A stretch of 61,018 nucleotides of DNA, the filler included, from Candidatus Babelota bacterium (GTDB lineage: Bacteria > JAGOBX01), in assembly GCA_017999075.1 (NCBI GenBank). It is 10 parts of 10 records of this genome, joined end to end, with 100 filler letters (N's around TTAATTAATTAA, not from the genome) between each part and the next. Parts side by side here need not be neighbours in the genome. Positions count along the whole stretch, not along the records: positions 18,406 to 24,442 come from JAGOBX010000240.1; positions 24,543 to 30,574 come from JAGOBX010000241.1; 8 more parts are not named here. One strand, given 5' to 3'. Below, in pieces: positions 20,189-29,344 of this stretch. The translations under genes and the position numbers were made by a program. Each line of letters begins with the position of its first letter. Positions within the stretch are counted from its first letter, which is position 1. Under the pieces are notes generated by a model that saw nothing but the letters and a program-made list of their open reading frames with translations, was not told the DNA's origin and ran no database searches.

Positions 20189-21214
20189 ATGAGTAATTTA
20201 CCTATTTATAAAAAAATTATTTTTGTTGGAATTTTTTTTTGTTTTCTCTTTATAGCCGCTGAAATTGCCGGAAGATTTATTAATTTCAATTTCAATAAAG
20301 ACGTTTCACAATTTTCAGTACCAATGCTGGCTGATAGAAATTTTGTTATTGAAGATGAAGAATTGTTCTGGAAATTCAAACCTTCTGTAACAATTCATTC
20401 AAGATGGACATTTCCTTCTTTCATAAAAATAAATTCAGACGGTTTCAGGAGCAATACAGAATACATCGAACAAAAATCACCAGGAACAACAAGAATAGCA
20501 TGTATAGGAAACAGCGTAACTTTCGGATACAGGCGTTCCCTTGAAGAATCATTTGAATATATTCTCCAGACAAAACTCAATTCAAACAGTAAATCTAAAA
20601 AATTCGAAATATATAATTTCGGAGTTCCGGGTTATACTTCACACCAGGGGCTTGCAGTTCTAAAAAAAAACGTTCTCAAATACAATCCTGACATAATTAC
20701 AGTTTGTTTCGGAATCAATGATGAACGGTTAGTTGCTGTTCCCGACAAATTCAGGAAGGTAAATATTAATTTTTTTTCAAAACTTGAACCGTATTTTCAA
20801 AAATTGTTCACTTATAAAGTTTTGATGAAACTTTATTACGATTCCATTGAACAGAAATTAAAAAAAAACTTTTTGAAACCAAGGGTTTCTTTAGAAGATT
20901 ATGAAAAAAATTTAGACGAAATCATCTCAATTTGCAGCAAAAAAAATATAAATGTCATAATAATAACTCCGCCTTATAATCCCGCATTAAAAGACGACGA
21001 AGATTTTATAAAATCAATGAAAAAATACAGGGAATCAGCGATAAAAACAGCAATAAAAAATAATTGCAGGCTTGCCGATTATTCTAAAAAAGTCGATGAT
21101 ACTTTTAAACTTGAAAATATAAATTATATCTGGGACTCATGTCATCCTGACATTAAAGGAAATACAATATTAGCTGATATGCTCGAAACCATAATAACAC
21201 AGATCAGCTTTTAA
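20189..21214 (+). CDS. Membrane-anchored SGNH/GDSL hydrolase
   Basis: N-terminal TM; INSDGFR; CIGNSVTFG; NFGVPGY; FGIND; DSCHP. Confidence 0.9.
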   Translation: MSNLPIYKKIIFVGIFFCFLFIAAEIAGRFINFNFNKDVSQFSVPMLADRNFVIEDEELFWKFKPSVTIHSRWTFPSFIKINSDGFRSNTEYIEQKSPGTTRIACIGNSVTFGYRRSLEESFEYILQTKLNSNSKSKKFEIYNFGVPGYTSHQGLAVLKKNVLKYNPDIITVCFGINDERLVAVPDKFRKVNINFFSKLEPYFQKLFTYKVLMKLYYDSIEQKLKKNFLKPRVSLEDYEKNLDEIISICSKKNINVIIITPPYNPALKDDEDFIKSMKKYRESAIKTAIKNNCRLADYSKKVDDTFKLENINYIWDSCHPDIKGNTILADMLETIITQISF

Positions 21215-21267
21215 AAAATCAAAATTCAAACCAAATAAATCTATCTTACTTTATAAAAATTAATTAA

Positions 21268-22752
21268 TCATGTCATAACTTTTTTTATTATATCAATCAA
21301 CTGCTGAAAATCGAAAGGTTTCTGTATAACAGAATAAGCTCCGAGTTCTGTCAAATTTCCGCTTTCATATTCAAGCTGACCTGACACAAAGACAATAGGC
21401 GTTTTATTATTAATTTTCCTGAGTTCTTTAAATATTTCAATTCCTTTCATATCAGGCATAAGCAAATCAAGAAACACCAAATCAAAATCATTTTTAGAAA
21501 AAATTTCTATAGCCTGTTTTCCTCTTTCACAAACAGTAACATCAAACTTATTTATTTTCAGAATTTTTTCTATTGTTTTTAAAAAAGACTCTTCATCATC
21601 TACAAATAAAATTTTACACGACAAATCTTGTAAATCGTTTTCAATTTGAATATTTGAAATATCTTTATTGCAGTCTTCAACATCTGAATACCCTCGAGGC
21701 AAAACTATTTCAAACTTAGTTCCAACCCCTTCACTGCTTTCAACATTTATGATTCCATTATGTTTCTCAATAATTATAAAACTGACTGACAATCCAAGAC
21801 CTGTGCCTTTGATCTTCAAATCATCTTTTGCCAATGCGCCTTTTGTAGTAAAAAAAGGCGTAAAAATCTTGTTTTTAGTTTCAGAATTCATCCCGACGCC
21901 TGTATCGCTTATAGAAATATGAATATTTCCGTTTTTAAAAAAAGTTTCAATTTTTATTATTCCGTTACCTTTCGGCATAATAGCATGGCGCGCATTTATA
22001 AGCAGGTTAAGAAAAACCTGCTGAATCTGGCCTACATCAACGTTGACTTTTTCAGTTTTAGAATAAACTTTTTCAATAGTAATATTTTCAAGTTCAAATT
22101 GTTTTTTCTGCAATTTCAAAACATAATCAAGCAAAGTTTCAATTTCTACAAATTCTTTTTTAGGAGGAGTGGGTTTTGCGTAAGTCATCATATAAGAAAC
22201 TATTTTTTTTCCCCGCATAAGTATTTTTTCAATCGTTTTCAAAGATTCTTCTGATTCGCCGTCAAGTTTTTTTTCAATCAACTGTATCAGTTGAACATTA
22301 GAATAAGCTACTGCGAGAATATTATTGAATTCATGCGCTATACCTGCAGTAAGCTGACCTACAGCAGATAACTTTTCAGATTGAATCAATTGATAAACTG
22401 CTTTATTTAATTCTTCATTTTTATCAACTAATTTCCTGTTAATATCTTTAACCTTATGTTCTGAATCCTTGCATTCAGCAAAGACAGGTCTTATTCCACG
22501 AACTCCTAAAAACATAAGCACAGATAAACATAACCCGATTAGTTCATATATTAAATCAGTGGTAAAATTTATATTGAAAAAAATATAGTAAAGATGAAGG
22601 AGTCTTCTAATACCCATCAGGAAAAATGCTATTGACATAAACAGCCATGAATATCTCAACCCTGTTATTCTAATAAGCCATAGTGAATAAAAAGCAGCAG
22701 ATAATTGAAATGCTATAGACAATATGAGTATTGTAGAAATAACAATTGTCAT
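21268..22752 (-). CDS. Hybrid sensor histidine kinase with receiver domain
   Basis: Three TMs; AGIAHEFNNIL; NLLINARHA; DTGVGM; PFFTTK; GTGLGL; receiver VDDE...DLLMPD...KPF. Confidence 0.95.
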   Translation of the reverse strand: MTIVISTILILSIAFQLSAAFYSLWLIRITGLRYSWLFMSIAFFLMGIRRLLHLYYIFFNINFTTDLIYELIGLCLSVLMFLGVRGIRPVFAECKDSEHKVKDINRKLVDKNEELNKAVYQLIQSEKLSAVGQLTAGIAHEFNNILAVAYSNVQLIQLIEKKLDGESEESLKTIEKILMRGKKIVSYMMTYAKPTPPKKEFVEIETLLDYVLKLQKKQFELENITIEKVYSKTEKVNVDVGQIQQVFLNLLINARHAIMPKGNGIIKIETFFKNGNIHISISDTGVGMNSETKNKIFTPFFTTKGALAKDDLKIKGTGLGLSVSFIIIEKHNGIINVESSEGVGTKFEIVLPRGYSDVEDCNKDISNIQIENDLQDLSCKILFVDDEESFLKTIEKILKINKFDVTVCERGKQAIEIFSKNDFDLVFLDLLMPDMKGIEIFKELRKINNKTPIVFVSGQLEYESGNLTELGAYSVIQKPFDFQQLIDIIKKVMT

Positions 22753-22768
22753 ATAATTATAATTATAT

Positions 22769-23125
22769 TTATTTTATTTTAACTATATCGTTGTTTTCAT
22801 TTAAAACAATAATCACAGGTTTATGTATCTCAGCCTCATCTGCAGTCATTGATGCAAATGAAAAAATTATTATTCTATCGCCTAATGCAACAAGCCTGGC
22901 AGCAGCTCCGTTAAGTCCGATTTCCTTTGATCCGGCAGGAGCTTTAATAATATATGTTTCAAACCGTTCCGCATTATTTATATTGGATATCATAACTTTT
23001 TCGAATTCGCGGAGGTTTGCAGCTTTTATGATATTTTCATCTATAGATATGCTTCCTTCGTAATTTATATCACATTTAGTTACTGAAGCCTTATGAATTT
23101 TGGATTTTAAAAGAGTTATTTGCAT
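22769..23125 (-). CDS. panD: Aspartate 1-decarboxylase
   Basis: LKSKIH, YEGSISID, RFETY, LNGAAARL. Confidence 0.97.
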   Translation of the reverse strand: MQITLLKSKIHKASVTKCDINYEGSISIDENIIKAANLREFEKVMISNINNAERFETYIIKAPAGSKEIGLNGAAARLVALGDRIIIFSFASMTADEAEIHKPVIIVLNENNDIVKIK

Positions 23126-23150
23126 TTATATTCATCAACCTTTTTCTATT

Positions 23151-23324
23151 TTAATTTAACAACTGATTAATCTGGCGTTCTGTTTCATTAGCGCCGCCAC
23201 CTTTTCTTTTCTGTTCGAGTTTTTCAATGTCGCTTTCAGCTTTACTCATAAACTTAATTATGAACAAAAACATAATCGCCATTATCAAAACTATAGTAAT
23301 AAAAGTAGTTGGCAGTTTTTTCAT
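23151..23324 (-). CDS. Small single-TM membrane protein (57 aa, absent from the ORF track)
   Basis: MKKLPTTFITIVLIMAIMFLFIIKFMSKAESDIEKLEQKRKGGGANETERQINQLLN; ATGA overlap with the upstream gene; fills the gap to panD. Confidence 0.7.
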   Translation of the reverse strand: MKKLPTTFITIVLIMAIMFLFIIKFMSKAESDIEKLEQKRKGGGANETERQINQLLN

Positions 23325-24382
23325 TTTTTCCCGTCCTGCAGCTGATTATAAGCTTCGTAATATTCCCAAAGTTTAGAATTATAATAATCAAGCGCATTAT
23401 TATAATTTTCCTGCAGTTTATATATAACTGTGTCTTTTAATTTTTCATCAAGTTCGATTTTTTTAAATTCCTGGTAGTGTTCTATAGCTTCTTCAAATTT
23501 ATTAACAGGATCCATGAAAAATTTTTTTATAGTCAAATGCAAAATTAATAGTAATAAAAATAAAAGCGGAAGCGAAGAAATAAGTATTATAAATTCAACT
23601 ATCCGCACATAAAACTTAATTTCTTTTATTAGAACTTTTACAATTATAGTATTTGATATATTAACTTCTAAAATTTCATCAGGGAAATAAGTTTCAGAAA
23701 CTTCCTTCTGAGTAGTATTTATATAATCTTCTAATTTTGTTTCAGAAGTTTTCATATCAATTTTATAATAAAAAACATCATCAATGAGTTTCAATTGATG
23801 GATAAATTTATCAGGATCAAACTTTCCCTGATCATTTTTAGACGATAACACCAATGTTTTAACTAAAGTAGAATAATTATCTTCAAGAAAAGACATCAGC
23901 CGTTTATCAATAAATCCTGCGGTAATCAAAGAAATAATTATAAAACCTAAAATAAGTATTATTGATATTGAATTAAATAATTTTTCTTCAAGAACAGATT
24001 GAGTGGTATGTTTTACTGTTTTCAATGCCCTGAATATTCTCAGCATCCGAAGCACTCTTAAAATTCTTATAAACCGCGTATATTTTATTCCTCTTATTGC
24101 GCGAAGAGCAGGAGTCAACACATCTGAACACGCTAACACGTCAATAATTATTTCGGTACTGAAAAAATATTCTTTTTTGAATAATATTATCCGTATTACT
24201 ACGTCAATCAGAAAAATAACAGCAATTATAATATTATATATTTCAAATTTAGATTGAAGTACAGGAGTAATTTCAAAATAAGAATGAATTAACAGGCCGA
24301 TTGCTATAACAACAAGGAATAAAACAAAATAATCCCAAATTTTAAAATATATATTTTTTTTTATTTGTTCGGATTTAGACAT
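23321..24382 (-). CDS. Voltage-sensor-domain (S1-S4) membrane protein with two further TMs and a HAMP-like tail; no pore
   Basis: S2 FLIDVVIR, S3 IIDVLA, S4 RAIRGIKYTRFIRILRVLRMLRIFRALK; no selectivity-filter motif. Confidence 0.8.
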   Translation of the reverse strand: MSKSEQIKKNIYFKIWDYFVLFLVVIAIGLLIHSYFEITPVLQSKFEIYNIIIAVIFLIDVVIRIILFKKEYFFSTEIIIDVLACSDVLTPALRAIRGIKYTRFIRILRVLRMLRIFRALKTVKHTTQSVLEEKLFNSISIILILGFIIISLITAGFIDKRLMSFLEDNYSTLVKTLVLSSKNDQGKFDPDKFIHQLKLIDDVFYYKIDMKTSETKLEDYINTTQKEVSETYFPDEILEVNISNTIIVKVLIKEIKFYVRIVEFIILISSLPLLFLLLLILHLTIKKFFMDPVNKFEEAIEHYQEFKKIELDEKLKDTVIYKLQENYNNALDYYNSKLWEYYEAYNQLQDGKK

Positions 24383-24442
24383 ATATAAAATCCAGCTCCA
24401 TACTCAATTTTTTATAAATTATACAAATATCAATATTAAAAA

Positions 24443-24542
24443 NNNNNNNNNNNNNNNNNNNNNNNNNNNNNNNNNNNNNNNNNNNNTTAATTAATTAANN
24501 NNNNNNNNNNNNNNNNNNNNNNNNNNNNNNNNNNNNNNNNNN
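24443..24542. other. Artificial contig linker
   Basis: N44-TTAATTAATTAA-N44. Confidence 0.99.
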
Positions 24543-24655
24543 ACGTTTAAAAAATGTTTATCGCATTTTAAGATTATAAGTTTTATTGAAATTTATTTAA
24601 ACAATTTTTATTATTTAAATAATTGCAATAATATATAATCTTTAGGAGGGTTATT

Positions 24656-24817
24656 ATGAAAAAATATGTATGCAATGCTTGCGGATGGATTTATGATCCT
24701 GAAACAGGAGACCCTGATTCTGGTATTGCTCCAGGCACACCTTTCGAACAACTTCCGGATAGTTTTGTGTATCCTGTATGCGGAGTTGGCAAAGACATGT
24801 TCGAAGTTCAGGAATAA
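24656..24817 (+). CDS. Rubredoxin (53 aa) with Cys39Tyr
   Basis: [62 protein letters not shown]; absent from the ORF track. Confidence 0.93.
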   Translation: MKKYVCNACGWIYDPETGDPDSGIAPGTPFEQLPDSFVYPVCGVGKDMFEVQE

Positions 24818-24967
24818 TTTTAATAATTTAGTGTCTATTCAAAAATAATATATTTCCATTTGATATGTCATAAAAAAAATTATTTTTTAATTTTTATATT
24901 TTCCACTTGATATTTCAAATGGAAATATTTATTTAAAAACTGACCGGTTTTCAGGAATTTATATAAT

Positions 24968-25588
24968 ATGATAAAAAAAATATTATCTGTTATTTTTATA
25001 TTATCGGTATTTTTTTTAATATCGGTACAAGCGGCAGGGATATCCGGTAAAATAATAAAAACTAACGGTGTTCCTTTAATTAATGGAAAAAAAACAACTT
25101 TAAATTCAACTGTCAATGAAGGCGATTTAATCGAAACAGAATTTTCAGAAAAAAGTTATGCAGACATACTTTTCAGCAATGGCACATATATACGTTTAAA
25201 AGAAAATTCAAAATTGAAACTTATTAAAACGTCAAATAAATTCAAATTAAACCTTAAATCCGGAAAAATATTTGTAAATGTGGAAAAACTTCATAAAAAT
25301 CAATCTTTTGTGGTATTTACCCCTGTTTCTGTCGTTGGAGTCCGCGGAACAAAATTCGCATTGGAAACAACTGACAGGCAATCATATATCTGTGTATGCG
25401 AAGGAATTGTGGCAGTAAATAAAAAAAATATTTTTAACAGAATGTTTTCAAAAGACGTTGAAGTTTCACCTGATTATGATTTATGGATTAAATCCGGTTA
25501 TACATTAAAAAAGCCTGCTTATTCTCCGGATATGTTAAAAGCCACCGTATCAGAATTTGAAAATATGGGGTTTAAAATAAACAAATAA
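24968..25588 (+). CDS. Exported FecR-domain protein
   Basis: Signal peptide; EGDLIET, IRLKENS, VFTPVSVVGVRGTKF, VCEG. Confidence 0.88.
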   Translation: MIKKILSVIFILSVFFLISVQAAGISGKIIKTNGVPLINGKKTTLNSTVNEGDLIETEFSEKSYADILFSNGTYIRLKENSKLKLIKTSNKFKLNLKSGKIFVNVEKLHKNQSFVVFTPVSVVGVRGTKFALETTDRQSYICVCEGIVAVNKKNIFNRMFSKDVEVSPDYDLWIKSGYTLKKPAYSPDMLKATVSEFENMGFKINK

Positions 25589-26733
25589 TGCAATTACACT
25601 CAAAATTTAATGCAGCTTACGATTGCATATATTTCAAAGCTGAAAAACCTTGCATATATCACAAAAAATCAGGGGCAATTTGTAAAAACTGTATTTTTTT
25701 TAAAAAACGCGGAATAAAAATATTAATAATCAAACTCGACGCTATGGGAGATGTTTTGCGGACAACATCAATATTATCTCCTTTAAAAAAAACATTTCCT
25801 GATTCTTCGGTTTATTGGATTACAAAATCAAATTCGCTTGATCTTCTTTTAAACAATCCTCTTATTGATAAAGTCTTTGTTTACAATGAAAAATCAATAT
25901 TGTATTTATCCTCATTGTTGTTTGACAATATTTTTTGTTTTGACATTTCTCCTGAATCAGTTTTTCTTACAAGCATAATAAAATCAAAAAAATACTCTGG
26001 ATTTGTGTGGGACAAATTAAATGAAATACCTGTTCCTGCCGATGATAAAGCAAAATACTGGTATTCTTTAAGCATAAATGATGATTATAAAAAAAATAAC
26101 AAACTTTCTTACCAGAAAATTATTCTAAAAACAGCAGGACTTAATTGTGAAAAAAAACTCGGTTATCCTATTCATTATTATTTCACTGAAAATGATAAGA
26201 TTTTCCGTGAACTATGGGAAAAAAAAAATAAATTCGATACTCAGTTATATACTATCGGATTAAATACCGAGGTTGGCAATAAATGGCTTACAAAAAAATG
26301 GAAAACAGAATATTTCGAAAAATTAATAAAACTTCTGAAAAAATATGACAAAAATATTAATATTATAGTTTTTTCAAATAATGAGTTCACTGCAAAATCC
26401 ATTTCAAAATATCCGAAAACATATATGCCTTTAAAAAAATTAACATTCAGAAACTATGCTGTTTTATTAAGTTTATGCGATTTAATCGTAACTTCTGATA
26501 CTCTTGCTTTCCATCTTGCCGCGGCTTTGAAAAAAAAATCTGTTTGCATTACAGGACCTACAAGTAAAACTGAACTTGAAAATTATGGAAAAGGAATTAT
26601 ACTCGAATCTGATAAAAAAAAATGTTTATGCTGTTATAAAATAAAATGCGGATTATCACCGAACTGTATGGATGATATAAAACCGGAATATGTCTTTGAA
26701 ATAATAAAAAAAATGTTGGTTGAAAAATTATGA
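25588..26733 (+). CDS. GT9 glycosyltransferase (LPS heptosyltransferase family)
   Basis: ILIIKLDAMGDVLRT, KKW, IVTSDT...HLAAA, GPT; Cys-rich termini. Confidence 0.92.
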   Translation: MQLHSKFNAAYDCIYFKAEKPCIYHKKSGAICKNCIFFKKRGIKILIIKLDAMGDVLRTTSILSPLKKTFPDSSVYWITKSNSLDLLLNNPLIDKVFVYNEKSILYLSSLLFDNIFCFDISPESVFLTSIIKSKKYSGFVWDKLNEIPVPADDKAKYWYSLSINDDYKKNNKLSYQKIILKTAGLNCEKKLGYPIHYYFTENDKIFRELWEKKNKFDTQLYTIGLNTEVGNKWLTKKWKTEYFEKLIKLLKKYDKNINIIVFSNNEFTAKSISKYPKTYMPLKKLTFRNYAVLLSLCDLIVTSDTLAFHLAAALKKKSVCITGPTSKTELENYGKGIILESDKKKCLCCYKIKCGLSPNCMDDIKPEYVFEIIKKMLVEKL

Positions 26734-27188
26734 AACAATCTTATAAAAATAAAAAAGCTTTTTTTGAATATGAAATTTTTGATAAGTTTGAAGCAGGATT
26801 AGTGCTTAATGGGTCTGAAGTAAAATCTATACGAGCCGGTAAAATAAATTTCATAGATTCATACTGCGATTTAAGGGATAACGAAATATTTTGTATAGGG
26901 CTTCACATATCCCCTTATAAAGAAGCTTCTTATAACAATACTGATCCATTGAGGGAAAGAAAATTATTGCTTAACAGAAAGGAAATAAATAAAATTGCCG
27001 GAAAAATCAAAGAAAAAGGTTTAACCTGCATTCCTTTAAACCTATATTTCAACAAACGTAATTTTGTCAAACTTGAAATAGGATTGGCCCGCGGAAAACG
27101 AATGTATGACAAACGTGAACAGATAAAGAAAAAAGACATACGCCAGGAACATTCTTCAAACTTAAAATTAAAAAATATCAAATTATGA
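26730..27188 (+). CDS. smpB: SsrA-binding protein
   Basis: NKKAFFEY, EAGLVLNGSEVKSIR, RERKLLL, GKRMYDKR. Confidence 0.97.
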   Translation: MKQSYKNKKAFFEYEIFDKFEAGLVLNGSEVKSIRAGKINFIDSYCDLRDNEIFCIGLHISPYKEASYNNTDPLRERKLLLNRKEINKIAGKIKEKGLTCIPLNLYFNKRNFVKLEIGLARGKRMYDKREQIKKKDIRQEHSSNLKLKNIKL

Positions 27189-29220
27189 ACTTACCTGATA
27201 TCCAGATTATATTTAACCCTGTATTCCATAAATATATAGTAGTATTATGTTTTTTGATATCAATATTTCTGCTTATTGTTTTAATCAAAACAATAAAATC
27301 TTATTATTTGTTCGCAGTACAATTCGTTATTATCACAATGCTTTTGCTGATTATCATGAATCCAGTTTTAAAAATAAAATCAGGATTGAAAACTTTTCCT
27401 GATCCTGTTATTCTGGTTGATGATTCTTCAAGTATGCTTAATTTAACTGGCGATAAAAAAACAAGACTGGAAAAAACTCAACAGCTGATTAGTGAGATTA
27501 AAAAAAAAACAGGTCTTAAATTTTCAGAGTTCAATTTTTCAGATTTCAATACTGAAAATCAAATAACCGCTTTATCAGAACTCGAAAAAATCGTAATTCC
27601 AGAAAAATCTTTTACAGTAGTTTTATCAGATTTCAACAGCGCCATTCCTCTCAATTCAGATATGAAAAACAAATTATTGTCAAAAGGCATAAATTTTCAT
27701 TGCATTGACGGAGAACCTTTAAATTACGTAAAAATATCAGACGTTTTTTATGAAAAAAATAAATCAGACGAATCATTTCTGAAATTAAAATTAAAAATTC
27801 AGGTTTATTATCCGGAAAATTATACTGTTTCTCTTTTTGAACGCAATAAACTTATATCTATTAAGGATATAAGCCTTACAAAAACAGGCGAACATGAAAT
27901 AATTTTGGATTATGATACAAAAAAAAATCTTTCAAGCCACTTATTTTTTAAATTCGTAATTAATATTTCAAATAAAAATGCCAAAACTGAAAATATTATC
28001 ATTGATAACGAATATAACTTAGCTGTTGAAAACAATATAAAAAAAAACAGAATCCTATGTGTAGTAAACACTCCTGACTGGGATTTTGCTTTTTTCAACC
28101 GGCTGCTTTCAAAATATTCATCAACAGAAATATCTTATTATCACCAAACTTTAAAAAATATAAATCAGCCTATTTCTTCGTATTCAGGAAAATATGATCT
28201 TATTATATTGTTTAAACCTGATTTCAATTTTCTTCCAGCTCAAATAATAAATATGATTTTAAACAAAACTTCCGGAAAATCTACAATATTGTATTTTACA
28301 GGAACCAGAGAAAACAATTTCAACACTCTCAATTCCGTTAAACAATTTTTCAAATTAAACACTCAAAAAAATATTGCTATTCAAAAAAACCATATATTAA
28401 AACAAGCTGTCCACAATGGAGGTTTATTTCTCCCCATTATCGACTGGAACAAATATCCGCCATTTGATTCGATGTTAAGATTATATTCTCCTACAGAATC
28501 AATTCAGTATATTTCCGATATATCAGACAGCTCTCCGGTATTATTTGAAATAAATAATGAAAAAACTCTATCGCTTGTATTTACTGTATCAGGTTTTTAT
28601 AAATGGCAGTTTAATGAAGGACTTATGTCTGGAAATTCTAATGAAATACCATATTTCTGGAACAGTATAATAACATATCTTTTAAATAAATCCATCCAGG
28701 ACGACTTGCTGATTATCCCGTCAAAACCACTTTATTTGTATGAAAAATTCGAAAAAGCAGAGTTTGAAATAATTTTATCAGAAAATTTAAAAAAATATTC
28801 AAATCAATTAACAGCATCTCACTATACTGATCATTCAAAAAAAATATAATAAAATTATCTGACAATTTTCAAAATTATATGCTTCCGTCTCAAAAAACAG
28901 GATTAAATAAAATCGAATGTTCATTACCTGTTTCGTCCTCGGCAAAAACACCTGCCAAATCAGCCTTTGAATACTTTATTGATATTCCTTTATTAGAAAA
29001 AAATTCCGGCATTAAAACCGAGTCTGTCAAATCCATTTTTTTCAAAAACCAGGAATATTATAATTTTCAAAATTCAAAATCATTTATAAATAATTTCAGA
29101 AATTTTATTAAACCTATTGAAAATCATTATTATATCGACATTATAAGCAACATATATTTCATGTGCTCATGCATATTCTTTTTTTGTTTACAATGGTTTT
29201 TATTAAAAAAAACAAAATAA
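27185..29220 (+). pseudogene. Membrane protein with vWA-like region, split into 27185-28849 and 28879-29220 at an A8 run
   Basis: Two N-terminal TMs; VILVDDSSSM and LSD motifs. One extra A at 28837-28844 fuses the frames and restores a C-terminal TM (…CLQWFLLKK). Confidence 0.6.
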
Positions 29221-29224
29221 ATTA

Positions 29225-29253
29225 TTGACAACTATTCGATAGTATATTATATT
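29225..29253 (+). promoter_or_regulatory. sigma70 promoter of ilvC
   Basis: TTGACA-17 nt-TATATT. Confidence 0.65.
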
Positions 29254-29270
29254 TAAAATTTAAAAATAAT

Positions 29271-29311
29271 AATCAAGCTGTAATTTTATTGTTCGGCTTG
29301 ATTTTTATTTT
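29271..29311 (+). terminator. Terminator-like hairpin upstream of ilvC
   Basis: AATCAAGCTG/CGGCTTGATT stem followed by TTTATTTT. Confidence 0.5.
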
Positions 29312-29344
29312 ATCTCAATAAGTTTGTAGGAGGGTTTTCTAAAA

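Noticed and set aside
24666-24848. 60-aa ORF in the track
   Set aside because: Shadow frame of the rubredoxin gene at 24656-24817.
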